Below are positions 40,823 to 50,779 of a stretch of 64,000 bases of DNA, one piece after another; position 1 is the stretch's first letter; every line of letters starts with the position of its first letter. The notes under the pieces were generated by a model that had not been told where the DNA came from, did no database searches, and saw only the letters and a program-made list of their open reading frames with translations. The DNA is from an uncultured Gemmatimonadales bacterium (lineage in GTDB: Bacteria; Gemmatimonadota; Gemmatimonadetes; Gemmatimonadales; Gemmatimonadaceae): NCBI GenBank assembly GCA_963851265.1, contig CAWKNZ010000002.1, positions 416,001 to 480,000 of the forward strand. Direction: 5' to 3'. Both the position numbers and the translations under genes were made by a program.

Positions 40823-41197
40823 ATGGCCAATCCCCCGTCCGCCAACCCCGTCGCGGCCCAGGCCGCGCACGACGACCACCAGGCCGCGCACGGCGATCAC
40901 CCGACCGCCGCCACGTACATCAAGGTCGGCGTCGTGCTCACGGCCATCACCGTGCTCGAGGTGTGGGCCTACTACATCCCGAGCCTGGTGGCGATGCGCG
41001 GCGTCTTCATCACGCTCCTGCTCTCGCTGTCGGCGGTCAAGTTCTTCACGGTGGTCATGTTCTACATGCACCTGAAGTACGACCACAAGCTGTTCCGTGC
41101 GCTGTTCACCGGCCCGTTCATCGTCGCGTCACTGACGCTCATCGGGCTGATGTTCCTGTTCGGGAAACTCGCCGTCCGGCTCGGACTGCTGGCCTGA
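40823..41197 (+). CDS. Cytochrome c oxidase subunit IV (caa3)
   Basis: LTAITVLE, K...VVMFYMHLKYD; position in the operon. Confidence 0.88.
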   Translation: MANPPSANPVAAQAAHDDHQAAHGDHPTAATYIKVGVVLTAITVLEVWAYYIPSLVAMRGVFITLLLSLSAVKFFTVVMFYMHLKYDHKLFRALFTGPFIVASLTLIGLMFLFGKLAVRLGLLA

Positions 41198-41211
41198 TCC
41201 CCGCAGGTTCG

Positions 41212-41255
41212 GAAGCGGCCGGGCGGGGATCCGCTCCGGCCGCTTCGTGCGTTAT
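41212..41255 (+). terminator. Putative intrinsic terminator after the cox operon
   Basis: GAAGCGGCCGG...CCGGCCGCTTC stem followed by GTGCGTTAT. Confidence 0.6.
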
Positions 41256-41428
41256 GGGGTAGCAGGTGCGCGGTGTATTCCGCTGCGTTCGCTCGGATGG
41301 AACGCCCGCAGGCGTGCCGCGGGGTACGGGACCGTGAGCATGCGACATCCCGACGACCCGATCCCCGTCCCGACCGAGCGCCGGCGGTTCGCCGCCCTCG
41401 GGACGACATCTTCGCTGTTGGCTCTCCC

Positions 41429-42280
41429 ATGCTGATGCTTCTTCACCCCGTCGCGCAGCTCGGCGGGGGCGTATCGATCCACGCGAGTACCGTCATCGGC
41501 TCGCTGGCCGTCGGCGCGCTCTACGAATGGCGTGCGCGTCAGGCGGCCACGTCCGCCGCGGACGGTGCTCCCGCGGGCTCGCCCACCACCGCGCAGCGCG
41601 CGATGTTCTTCGGCGCGCTCGCCATCCTGCTGGCGACGCTCAACGGCCCGCTGCACGACCTGAGCGACACGTACCTGTTCTCGGCGCACATGGTCCAGCA
41701 CCTCGTGCTGGAGCTGGTCGTGCCGCCGCTCATGATCGCCGGCACGCCGGGGTGGATGCTGCGGCCGCTGATTCGCGGACCGCGGATGCGCCGCTTCGCC
41801 GAGGTGGCGCTGAGCCCGATCAGCTGCTTCGCGATCTTCAACGTGGTGCTGAGTGCGTGGCACCTGCCGCCGCTGTACAACCTCGCGCTCGCCGAGCACC
41901 CGGTGCACATCGTACAGCACCTGATGTTCCTCAGCGCGAGCGTGGTGATGTGGTGGCCGCTGCTGAGCCCGTTGCCGGAGCTGCCGCGACTCAGCTACCC
42001 GGGACAGATGCTGTACTGCTTCCTGATGACCCTTCCCATGTCGGTGGTCGCGGTTTGCATCACGATGGCCGACCGGGTGCTCTACCCGCTGTACGCGATC
42101 GCACCGCGCGTCGCGGGGATCTCGCCCCTCGAAGACCAGCGGTACGGCGGGCTCGTCATGTGGATTCCGGGCGGGATGTTTTTCTACATCGTGATGAGCG
42201 TCGTGTTCTGGATGTGGACGCACCGCGGCGGCGACGACCGGGCGGACGCACAGGCGCCGGTGGGAGTCCCGGCCGCGTAA
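41429..42280 (+). CDS. ctaG: caa3-type cytochrome c oxidase assembly factor
   Basis: LFSAHMVQHL, WHLPPLY, H..QH, DQRYGGLVMWIPG. Confidence 0.9.
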   Translation: MLMLLHPVAQLGGGVSIHASTVIGSLAVGALYEWRARQAATSAADGAPAGSPTTAQRAMFFGALAILLATLNGPLHDLSDTYLFSAHMVQHLVLELVVPPLMIAGTPGWMLRPLIRGPRMRRFAEVALSPISCFAIFNVVLSAWHLPPLYNLALAEHPVHIVQHLMFLSASVVMWWPLLSPLPELPRLSYPGQMLYCFLMTLPMSVVAVCITMADRVLYPLYAIAPRVAGISPLEDQRYGGLVMWIPGGMFFYIVMSVVFWMWTHRGGDDRADAQAPVGVPAA

Positions 42281-42449
42281 GTCGGGAGCACGCGGCCCGC
42301 GCTCCGGCGTGGGGCCGTGTGCTGCCGTTTCGTGGTGCTACGCCAGCGAGGGAGGAGCGTCGTTGCGGAATCGTTCTGCGGCGGGGTCGACCACACGGCC
42401 ATTCGGCGTGCGATCAGCTCGGGTGCCGGGAATCGCAGCGCGCTCCGCG

Positions 42450-43268
42450 TTACCCGGCGTGCGGCGCGAGCCACGGGTCGCCGCTCATCCACCCGGGGTC
42501 GGGGGCGAACAGGAAGACGACGCCGCCGTTCGCGAGCTTGGGCAGGAGCCGCTCGGCGCGGGACGGTTCGAGGGCGGGGCACCCTTCGCTACGCCCCGCC
42601 CTGTCGTCCGTCACGTAGGGAGCGCCGTGCGCGACGACGCGCCGCGCGCGCGCGTTCTCGTTGAATCCGTCCGAGACGCCCATCAGGCGTAGGCCGAGCG
42701 AGCTGTACGTGCGGCCGCCGGCATGGCCGCGGAACGCGTACAACTCCTGCGCGACGTACAGCCCCAGCGAGGTGGCCTCGCTCCCGGACGCGTTCGAGAA
42801 GCGGGTCGGGACGCCGTACTGCGAGGTCGACGAGCCGCGTCCATGGGCGACCGCGAACGGGCCCTCGACCACCCGGAGCGCGTTCATGTCGAAGACGTAC
42901 CCGCGAGGCGCGGTGCTCGGCAGGCCGTAGTCGACGAAGTACAGGTAGGGCTTCGCGTCCGGGTGCTCGGTGCGGTACGCGAAGTAGCTCCGGAACGCGT
43001 CTTCGAGGGCGAGCGGGTGGCTCAACTGGCGGACGCTGCCGGCGAGCGTGCCGAGCGCGGTCGCGACCTCGGTGGAGAGCCGACCGGCCGGCCGGGCCGC
43101 GACGGAATCCGTCGCGCGTGGTCGGGCTCCGACGAGCGAGAGCGCGGCCGTGACGACGGGGCCAGTTCGCTGGCGGGCCGGCGCGACGCGGGCCGCGGTT
43201 GCGCACAGGACCGCGGCGGTCCCGAGGACGAGGTTGGGGAAGTGCCTGCGGAAGCTGCGTCGCGCCAT
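42450..43268 (-). CDS. Murein L,D-transpeptidase-like protein (YkuD_2)
   Basis: VAHGRGS, FSN..GS.ATSLG, HGAPY, GRSEGCPA. Confidence 0.85.
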   Translation of the reverse strand: MARRSFRRHFPNLVLGTAAVLCATAARVAPARQRTGPVVTAALSLVGARPRATDSVAARPAGRLSTEVATALGTLAGSVRQLSHPLALEDAFRSYFAYRTEHPDAKPYLYFVDYGLPSTAPRGYVFDMNALRVVEGPFAVAHGRGSSTSQYGVPTRFSNASGSEATSLGLYVAQELYAFRGHAGGRTYSSLGLRLMGVSDGFNENARARRVVAHGAPYVTDDRAGRSEGCPALEPSRAERLLPKLANGGVVFLFAPDPGWMSGDPWLAPHAG

Positions 43269-43786
43269 GACTCGGAGCGGGGATAACCGAAATCGCTGCA
43301 CAACAGATGTTTATCGCTGCGCCGCGCGGTTGTGAAGCGCTGGCCTGGGGTGATGTGCGCCCGAGCGAGTGCCGTGAACCGGGACGTTCTGTCGTCGTCC
43401 GGCGCAACGCACGGCTGGTTCACGGCGTGGGCCAATGGTGACGCACCGCACCGGCGATCGAGCGGTCGCCGGGTCATGGCGCTGCTCGCGCCGGCGCAGC
43501 CGCTGCGCGCCGCGGGAGTCCCGGGGCCTGCGCCGTTCAACCCGGTGGTCAGCCTCACGGCAGGTGCGGCAGGCACTGGCGCGGACGTGATCGCGGCTGG
43601 CGGCGGCAACGTGCTTGCCGTGTCCGGGGCGCCGCTCCGGCAGGGCGACTGAGCGATGACGCGTTCGCGGTCACGAAACCCGATGTGTCGCGCGTCGCGC
43701 GCGAGCGCCTCGCCTCGGCGCTCGCCGCCGCACGATGATGTCGAACGACTTCGTGTCCGGCGTGTCCGACGACTGAGACTGCCGGC

Positions 43787-46735
43787 TCAGAAGCTCGGGC
43801 CGAGGAGCATGGCGTTGAGCACCAGACGGTCCATGCTCCGTACCCACCCGCGGAAGGTCGGGTCGTTCTCGAACAGCACGACGTGGCCGCGCCCCAACGA
43901 CTCCTCGACGACGAGTGCGGTGTTGCGCAGCAGCCGCTCGGTGTTGCCGGGCCACGTGAACCCGGCGCGCGTGAACGCGCCGGTGCGCGGGAACACCGCC
44001 ACGTTGTTGCCCTCGCGCGAGAGGCGGAGGAAGGTGCCGCCCTCGACGAGCGCCGTGACGCGCGGTTGCTCGTAGCCGAAGGTGAGCCAGTGTGTGCGGT
44101 CGAGCACCGCGTCGAACATCGCGCCCGGCACCGGGGCCGGTGTGTTGGGCGCGGCGCTCGGGCTGGTCACCGCGAGCAGGTCGGCACGCGGGGCCGCGGT
44201 GTCGGCGGTCGCAGGGCGGGCGGCGTTGGAGGTCGTGTCGCCGCCGACTCGGCGCGCGCTGGTGAGGTCGACCTCGGGTCGCACGGCCCATTCGGTCGCG
44301 CCTCCCATCGTCACGAGCGTGCCGCCGGCGCGAGCCCACACCTTGAGTCGGGCGAGGGCATCGGCGCCCACCGCACGGCCGATCGCGCCGGGCGAGCCGT
44401 CGGGCATCACGATCACGTCGAAGCGCGACAGGTCCCCGCCGGTGAGCGCGGCCCAGTTGAGGTGCTCGAAGTCGACGTTCCAACGCCGGTCCATCGTCCA
44501 CCAGAGCGCGCCGAACGCCGTCTGCGACAGGCCCTCGTCGCCGACGACCGCGATGCGCGGCCGCTTGAGTGCCGCGATCGCGGACGATCCGATGCCGAAC
44601 TGCGCGCGCTCGGTGTACGCGGACGCGACCGGCGTCACGGGGACGCCGCGCTCGCGCGCGAGGCGGTCGAGCGTCGTGCCTAACGTCTGCGCGTTGCGGG
44701 ACGCGAGGACGACGAACGTCCCGCGCGGCCAGAACCGGCCGCCGGCCTCGATCGAGTCGGTGGCGACGTTGACGCGGTAGCCGGAGGCCAGCAGGCGGAA
44801 GGCGAGCGGGGCCGCCCCGCTGCGCGCCGGGGCGAAGAGGTAGGCGGTCGGCGACGACACGGCGCCGGTGACGCCGCCGCCGAGCGGCGTCGGGAGCGGT
44901 TCGGTGGCGAGCGGTTCGGCGCCGGGCGGGCCGTAGGGCGCGGCGGCCGGACCGGCGAGCGCGACCGGGCGCGCCGCGTACGCGAGGCCCGCGTATTGCG
45001 CGCCGCCTCCGGGCGGCGCCGCCGCGACCGCCGGCCCCGGGAGCGTCGTGTTAGGCGCCTCGAGTAGCCGGCCGCCGGCCGCCGGCGCGTCCTCCGTCCA
45101 GTACGCCTCGACGCCGAACGCGACGGGGAGCGACCACGCGGTGACGTCGTAGAATTCCGCCTCCTCAGCGCTCGCGTTGCTGCCGCGGCGCAGGTTGCGC
45201 CGGAAGCGCTCGATCTGCCGGCTGGCGAAGGCGGAGTCGAGCGTGGGCGCGGGTTCGAGGATCGCGCGTGCCAGCCGGCCCTGCGGCTGGGCGAGGTCGA
45301 TCACGTACGCGCCCGGCTCGAAGCGGTGGGCGGCGCCGGCCGCGCTCGATGCTACCACGTCGGAGCCCGCGCCGTAGGCGTGCGTGCGGGCGCTCGCGGA
45401 CGCGCCGGCGGTCTGGCGCACCTCGATTCCCGCGCGCACGAGGGCCGTCGCCAGCTCGGCCGCGCGCTGCGGGTCGGCACCCGGGACGATCACGACCCCG
45501 CGCATGCGTCCGCTCCGCCCCTGCTCGACCGCGCGACGCCGGAACGCGCTGTAGTCGATCAGACGCTCGGCGCCGCGCGCGGCGGTGACCTCGATGGTTG
45601 CCATCGCGGCGGTCCAGTGCTTCGCGATGCCGTCGCGGAACGAGAGGAGCGAGCCGTCCTCGCGCCGCCACGAGATGCCCTTCCAGCCGCCGCCGTCCGT
45701 CTCGTACGTCATCCCGGTCGCGCCGTTGAGCGAGGGCCAGGTGTCCCAGTAGCCCGGGTAGTACAGGTCGAACTCGTTGCGCACGAAGTACTGCCAGCCC
45801 TGCGCGTCGAATGCCGCCGCGTTGGCGCGGCCGATGGCCGACAGCCACTTCTCGCTTTCCGTCCCGATGTTGACGTTGACCGGGCGCGCCGCGGGCGGGA
45901 AGAAGTACGTCGGGACCTGTCCGTGCTGGTCGACGGTGACCTGCGGGTGCCAGCGGAGCATGCCGCCCATGATCGCCTGGACCTCGGGCTGCGTGCTCGC
46001 GATCACGTCGCGGTTCATGTCGAACCGGTAGTGGTTGAAGCGGCCCTGGATGCTCCACGGCTCGCGGTGCTCGTAGGCGTCGTTGGCCGGGTCGCTGCGC
46101 GCCACCGAGTTGTACCACACGGCGAAGCGCTCGTGGCCGTCGGGGTTGGAACTGGGGTTGATGACGACGACGGCGTTGCGGAGCGCGGCGAGTGTGGCCG
46201 GCTCGGTGCTCGCGGCGAGTTGGTAGAGGAGCTGCATCCCGCTCTCGAAGCCGGGCGACTCGTTGCCGTGCACGCTCTCCGAGATCCAGACCACGGCGGG
46301 CGTGCGCCGCGCGATCGCCTCGGCCTCGCCGGCGCCTAACGTCCTGGGGTCGGCGAGGCGGGCGAGGTCGGCGCGGATCGCGTCGAGGCGCGCGACGTTC
46401 TCGGGCGCGCTGACGACGAAGACGCGCATCCGGCGCCCCTCGTGCGACGCGCCGATCTCTTCCACGCGCACGCGGTCGCGCGCCGCGTCGGCGATGGCGA
46501 GGAGCACGCGCTCCTGCTCGCCGTACTGCGTGTTGCGCGCGCCTAACGAGTACCCGAGCAGCGCCTCGGGGCGCGGGACCTCGGGGCGGTACGGACCGCG
46601 GGCGGTGAAGTCGAAGCGCCGGTCGTCGCGCGCGGCGGTGTCGCGGGCCGCGGGGAGGAGCGGCTGTGCGGCGGCGGGGACGGCGGTCGCCGCGAGGAGC
46701 AGGGCTGCGGCGAGGGGACGGGCGAGTGGGCGCAC
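43787..46735 (-). CDS. Secreted M14 zinc carboxypeptidase
   Basis: Signal peptide, VHGNE, NPDG, DMNRD, DQHG. Start approximate. Confidence 0.88.
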   Translation of the reverse strand: MRPLARPLAAALLLAATAVPAAAQPLLPAARDTAARDDRRFDFTARGPYRPEVPRPEALLGYSLGARNTQYGEQERVLLAIADAARDRVRVEEIGASHEGRRMRVFVVSAPENVARLDAIRADLARLADPRTLGAGEAEAIARRTPAVVWISESVHGNESPGFESGMQLLYQLAASTEPATLAALRNAVVVINPSSNPDGHERFAVWYNSVARSDPANDAYEHREPWSIQGRFNHYRFDMNRDVIASTQPEVQAIMGGMLRWHPQVTVDQHGQVPTYFFPPAARPVNVNIGTESEKWLSAIGRANAAAFDAQGWQYFVRNEFDLYYPGYWDTWPSLNGATGMTYETDGGGWKGISWRREDGSLLSFRDGIAKHWTAAMATIEVTAARGAERLIDYSAFRRRAVEQGRSGRMRGVVIVPGADPQRAAELATALVRAGIEVRQTAGASASARTHAYGAGSDVVASSAAGAAHRFEPGAYVIDLAQPQGRLARAILEPAPTLDSAFASRQIERFRRNLRRGSNASAEEAEFYDVTAWSLPVAFGVEAYWTEDAPAAGGRLLEAPNTTLPGPAVAAAPPGGGAQYAGLAYAARPVALAGPAAAPYGPPGAEPLATEPLPTPLGGGVTGAVSSPTAYLFAPARSGAAPLAFRLLASGYRVNVATDSIEAGGRFWPRGTFVVLASRNAQTLGTTLDRLARERGVPVTPVASAYTERAQFGIGSSAIAALKRPRIAVVGDEGLSQTAFGALWWTMDRRWNVDFEHLNWAALTGGDLSRFDVIVMPDGSPGAIGRAVGADALARLKVWARAGGTLVTMGGATEWAVRPEVDLTSARRVGGDTTSNAARPATADTAAPRADLLAVTSPSAAPNTPAPVPGAMFDAVLDRTHWLTFGYEQPRVTALVEGGTFLRLSREGNNVAVFPRTGAFTRAGFTWPGNTERLLRNTALVVEESLGRGHVVLFENDPTFRGWVRSMDRLVLNAMLLGPSF

Positions 46736-46850
46736 GAGGGGTCGGACGGGAGACGATCTGGGCGTGCCCCGCCGTCGTCCTCCGCGCGGCGAACGATCTC
46801 GCTGCGGGCCGGGGGCAACGCGACGGGGCGAGTGACCTGCCGGCGCGCGA

Positions 46851-47315
46851 TCACCGTCGCCGTACGGCGTCGGCGCGCTCCTGCCGTTCGAGGCGCGCGA
46901 CGTACGCATCGTAGCGCGCCTGCTGGGCGGCGGTGAGGCGTTGCCGGATGTCGCGCCGGCCCGCGGCGCGGATGGAGTCGAGTTGCGGTCGGACGGGCGC
47001 GACGGCGGTCTCGATCGCGCGGCGCCGCGCGTCCATGATCGAGTCGACCGCGTTGCGTTGTTGGCGCGAGAGCCCTAACTCGGCGGCGAACGCGTCGAGC
47101 CCGCGCGCGGCCTGGGTGGGGCGGCTCGCCAGCACGAGGCGGTCGGCGGCGACGCCGAGCGCGCCGCCGGCGAGGACCGCGGCGACCACGACGGCCGCGG
47201 CCAGCCGGCGCGATCGTGCTTCGGGGCCCGACACGCCCCGAGCGTCTGGCGCGCGCGGCGCGGCGCGCGCGCGTCCTCCGAGGTCAGCGTGCGGCGTGGC
47301 CGACACGGCGGTCAC
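46851..47315 (-). CDS. Membrane-anchored Spy/CpxP-like helical protein
   Basis: TM helix GGALGVAADR, ELGLSRQQ and LTAAQQARY (LTxxQ-like). Confidence 0.65.
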   Translation of the reverse strand: MTAVSATPHADLGGRARAAPRAPDARGVSGPEARSRRLAAAVVVAAVLAGGALGVAADRLVLASRPTQAARGLDAFAAELGLSRQQRNAVDSIMDARRRAIETAVAPVRPQLDSIRAAGRRDIRQRLTAAQQARYDAYVARLERQERADAVRRR

Positions 47316-47983
47316 TCGTCGGGGAGGAGCTCGCGGAAGGTGGCGTCGCGCCGCTGCTGGACGGTCGGCGCGGGAATCAACTCGCTGTCGTGTTCGGCCG
47401 CGCGCTCGGTCGCCGACGGGTGGCGTCGTGCGAGACCGCCGCTCAGCAGTTCGTCGACGAGCCGGTTGCGGCGCACGCGCGCCTGCTCGACCGGGTCGTC
47501 GCTCGCCGCGTCGTCACCCGCGCGCGCGAGACCGGCGTCGAGCACCGAGGCGCCCGCCGGCGCTGGCGCGGGGCTCGTGACGATCGGGGCGTCGAGGACG
47601 TCGCGGAACGCGGAGTGGGCGCGCGACGCGGCGACCGTGGCCCGGGCGTCGACGAACACGGCCGCCGCGATGACGAGCGCGACGCCCGCGGCCGCAAGGC
47701 CGGGCTCGGCCCACCGGGCGAGCGCGTGCCACCACTCGACGGCGACCGCGGGGACCGCGCGAAAGGCTCCCGTCGTGGTCGCGGTCGCACGCGCCGCGCC
47801 GTCGCGTACCGCCGCGAGGATGCGTGCCTCGAACGCGTCCCAGTAGCGCGGCTCGTCGGGCGTGGCGTACACGCCGCGCAGTTCGCGCGTGAGCCGGTCG
47901 GGCGCGTCGGGGGCCTGTCCCGCGGGTCCGCGTCGGCGCGACGGGCCGAAGGGCGGGCGGAGCGGCCGTTGCTCGCCGCTCAT
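47312..47983 (-). CDS. Single-TM protein, putative anti-sigma factor
   Basis: Follows the ECF gene; YWDAFEARIL then one TM helix; GTGA overlap with the next gene. Confidence 0.6.
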   Translation of the reverse strand: MSGEQRPLRPPFGPSRRRGPAGQAPDAPDRLTRELRGVYATPDEPRYWDAFEARILAAVRDGAARATATTTGAFRAVPAVAVEWWHALARWAEPGLAAAGVALVIAAAVFVDARATVAASRAHSAFRDVLDAPIVTSPAPAPAGASVLDAGLARAGDDAASDDPVEQARVRRNRLVDELLSGGLARRHPSATERAAEHDSELIPAPTVQQRRDATFRELLPDE

Positions 47984-48010
47984 CGCGTCGTACTCATCAT
48001 CGCGCGTTGC

Positions 48011-48667
48011 TCACAAGCCGCTGCGTATGGAGCCGAGCCAGCCACGTAGGGCGGCGCGCGCGTGGTGCAGGTCGGAGCGCGCGGTGCCTTCGGGAATACC
48101 GAGCATCGCGCCGATCTCGGCGTGCTTGAAACCCTCGACGTCGTGCAGCACGATCACCGCGCGCTGCCGTTCGGCGAGGCGCGCGAGACCCGCGCGCAGG
48201 CGGTCGCGCAACTCGTCGCTCTCGGCGGGATCGCGCTGCGGCCGCGGGGAGGCTACGGTCTCCGGCAGCTCGTCGGCGTCGCGCACCTTGCGGCGGCGTG
48301 CGATGTCGAGCGCCGCGTTGGCGACGATGCGGTGCAGCCACGCGCCGAAGGCCTGCTCGGGGCGGAAGCGGTCGAGCGCCTTGTAGGCGTGCAGGAAGCC
48401 TTCCTGCACCGCGTCTTCGGCGTCCTCGTGCGTCAGCACGATCGCGCGCGCGACCACGTACGCGCGACGCTGGTGCAGGCGCACGAGGCCGGCGAACGCG
48501 GCAGCGTCGCCGGCCTGGGCAGCGAGGACGAACGCGCGCTCCGAGGCGGCGCGGTCGGCGGCCTCGTCGGCATGACGCGACGGCGCCGACGATACGCGTT
48601 CGACCCGCGGGGTGCGGTCACCGAGGGCGAACGGAAGCGGCAGGGAGAGCGCGGGGCTGTAGGACAT
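48011..48667 (-). CDS. ECF RNA polymerase sigma factor
   Basis: DAEDAVQEGF, FGAWLHRIVANAALD, EGFKHAEIGAMLGIPEGTARSDLHHAR. Confidence 0.92.
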   Translation of the reverse strand: MSYSPALSLPLPFALGDRTPRVERVSSAPSRHADEAADRAASERAFVLAAQAGDAAAFAGLVRLHQRRAYVVARAIVLTHEDAEDAVQEGFLHAYKALDRFRPEQAFGAWLHRIVANAALDIARRRKVRDADELPETVASPRPQRDPAESDELRDRLRAGLARLAERQRAVIVLHDVEGFKHAEIGAMLGIPEGTARSDLHHARAALRGWLGSIRSGL

Positions 48668-48807
48668 CCGGCCAACATAACGCGCCAGGGTGCGGCGTCG
48701 TTGGCGGGCGTCGCGCATCGCGACGATGAACCCCCGCCTTCGCGAGGCTGACACGGCCGTCCCAGCCGTCACGCCCGCGAAAGCGGGCGTCCGTCCCGCC
48801 GACCGCC

Positions 48808-49386
48808 CTACAGCCCGAGTGCGCCGGCGTCGGCCTGCATCGCGGCAAGCACGCGGCCGATGTGCTCGTCGAGATCGACGCCGAGTTCGGCGGCCCCGTT
48901 GATCACGTCGTCGCGGTTCACTCCGCGGGCGAAGCCCTTGTCCTTCATCTTCTTGCGGACGCTCGCGACGTCGACGTCCGCCACCCGGCGCGACGGTTTG
49001 ACGAGCGCGGCGGCGGTGATGAGGCCGGTGAGCTCGTCGACCGCGAACAGCGTGCGCGCGATGGGCGTCGTGCGGGGCGCGTGGGTGTAGTCGGCGTGCC
49101 CCATCACGGCGTCGAGCACGTCCTCCGGATAGCCGAGCGCGCGCAGGTGACGCACGCCTGCCGCAGGGTGCTGCTCCGTCGCGGAGCGTTCGGCGTTCGG
49201 ATACCGCTCGTAATCGAAATCGTGCACGAGGCCGGCGAGGCCCCAGCGCGCCTCGTCCTCGCCGAAGTGGCGGGCGTAGGCGCGCATCGCGGCCTCGACC
49301 GCGAGCATGTGCTTGCGCAGTGACTCGCTCGCCGTCCACTCGTGCACGAGGGCGAGCGCGTCGTCGCGGCTGGGCAGAGTGGTCAT
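48808..49386 (-). CDS. HDIG/HD-domain metal-dependent phosphohydrolase
   Basis: LRKHMLAVE, LVHDFD, H...H, DELTG, KKMKDKGFA. Confidence 0.88.
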   Translation of the reverse strand: MTTLPSRDDALALVHEWTASESLRKHMLAVEAAMRAYARHFGEDEARWGLAGLVHDFDYERYPNAERSATEQHPAAGVRHLRALGYPEDVLDAVMGHADYTHAPRTTPIARTLFAVDELTGLITAAALVKPSRRVADVDVASVRKKMKDKGFARGVNRDDVINGAAELGVDLDEHIGRVLAAMQADAGALGL

Positions 49387-49439
49387 GCGCGGAGCGTCGT
49401 TCGCGAAACGTGAGTGGCGATGCCGTCAGCCGCGCAGCG

Positions 49440-50678
49440 TCACCGCGCGCCCGCTGCGGCGGGCGCCCCGCCGGACGTGGCAGCACCGGACGGAGCGGCG
49501 CCCGGGGCGGGACTCGCGGCCGCATTCGACTGCGTGCCTTCCCTCGTCGCGACTCGGACGTACACGCTCATTCCGGGGCGGAGCGGGCGCGTGGCACCGA
49601 GCCCGTTCGTGATCCGGATGCGCACGGGGACGCGCTGTACGACCTTCGTGAAGTTGCCGGTCGCGTTGTCGGGCGGGAGGAGCGCGAACCGGGCGCCGCT
49701 CGCGGCGGAGATGCTCTCCACGACGCCCTGCGCGGGCGCGCCGTCGTACGCGTCGATGTCGAGCTCGACCGGCTGGCCGACGCGGATGTCGTCGAGCTGC
49801 GTTTCCTTGAAGTTGGCGGTCACCCAGATGCCGGTATCGGCCACGACGCTCATCATGGTCTGGCCCGGCTGGACGAGCTGCCCGACTTCGACCGTCTTGC
49901 GCGACACGACGCCGCTCACCGGCGCGACGATGTGCGTGTAGGAGAGCTGCAGCTTGGCGTTGTCGAGCGCGGCGCGCGTGCCGGCGAGGCGCGCGTCGGC
50001 GAGGCGCACGCCGGCCTGCGCGTTGCCGACGCCCGACCCGGCCGCGGCCGCCTGGCGCTGCGCGGCCGTCACCTGCGCGGCGGCCACGTCGACCGCGGCG
50101 CGCGCCGCGTCGAGCTGCAGCTGCGAGATGATCTGCTGCGCGGCGAGCTGCTGGTAGCGGCGGAAGTCGCTCTGCGCCTTGACGAGCTGGGCGCGCGCGG
50201 CGGCGACGTTGGCCTGGCCGGCGGCCGTCTGGCTCTCGGCCGTCTGCACCTGCGCCACCGACGAGCCGCGCCCGCCGACGGCCGCCTGCGAGGCTTGCAG
50301 GTCGGCCTGCGCCTGCGTCACGCGGACGGCGTAGTCGGCGCTGTCGATCTGGACGAGGAGTTGCCCCTCCTTGACGGGCGTATTCTCGTCGACGGTCACG
50401 CGCTCGACGTAGCCGCCGACCTTGGCGAGGACGGGAACGATGTGGCCGTCCACCTGGGCGTCGTCGGTGGTCTCGTGTGCGCGCGCGTAGTTCCACGTCT
50501 TGTAGCCCCAACCGCCGCCGAGCAGGACGAGCGCGGCGATGATCGGGATGACGATACGCTTGCGGTTGCCGCCGCCGGCCGGGGCGGGCGTGGGCGGAGC
50601 CGCCGGCGGCGCCGCCGCGGGGGCGGCGGCCGGCGGGGCGGCGGACGTGGCGGGCTCGGGTCGGGTCGCGGTGGACAT
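49440..50678 (-). CDS. EmrA/HlyD-family membrane fusion protein
   Basis: TDDAQV, ANFKET, LLPPDNATGNFTKVVQRVPVRI, LRPGMS. Confidence 0.93.
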   Translation of the reverse strand: MSTATRPEPATSAAPPAAAPAAAPPAAPPTPAPAGGGNRKRIVIPIIAALVLLGGGWGYKTWNYARAHETTDDAQVDGHIVPVLAKVGGYVERVTVDENTPVKEGQLLVQIDSADYAVRVTQAQADLQASQAAVGGRGSSVAQVQTAESQTAAGQANVAAARAQLVKAQSDFRRYQQLAAQQIISQLQLDAARAAVDVAAAQVTAAQRQAAAAGSGVGNAQAGVRLADARLAGTRAALDNAKLQLSYTHIVAPVSGVVSRKTVEVGQLVQPGQTMMSVVADTGIWVTANFKETQLDDIRVGQPVELDIDAYDGAPAQGVVESISAASGARFALLPPDNATGNFTKVVQRVPVRIRITNGLGATRPLRPGMSVYVRVATREGTQSNAAASPAPGAAPSGAATSGGAPAAAGAR

Positions 50679-50779
50679 GGTCGGGCGGCTGGTGGCGGTG
50701 TGAAACGGGTCGAGTGCCTAACGCGTGCCGGTCGGCGCCGGCCCGGCCAGGTCGGCCGGGCGGCGTCGGCGGCGCGGGC

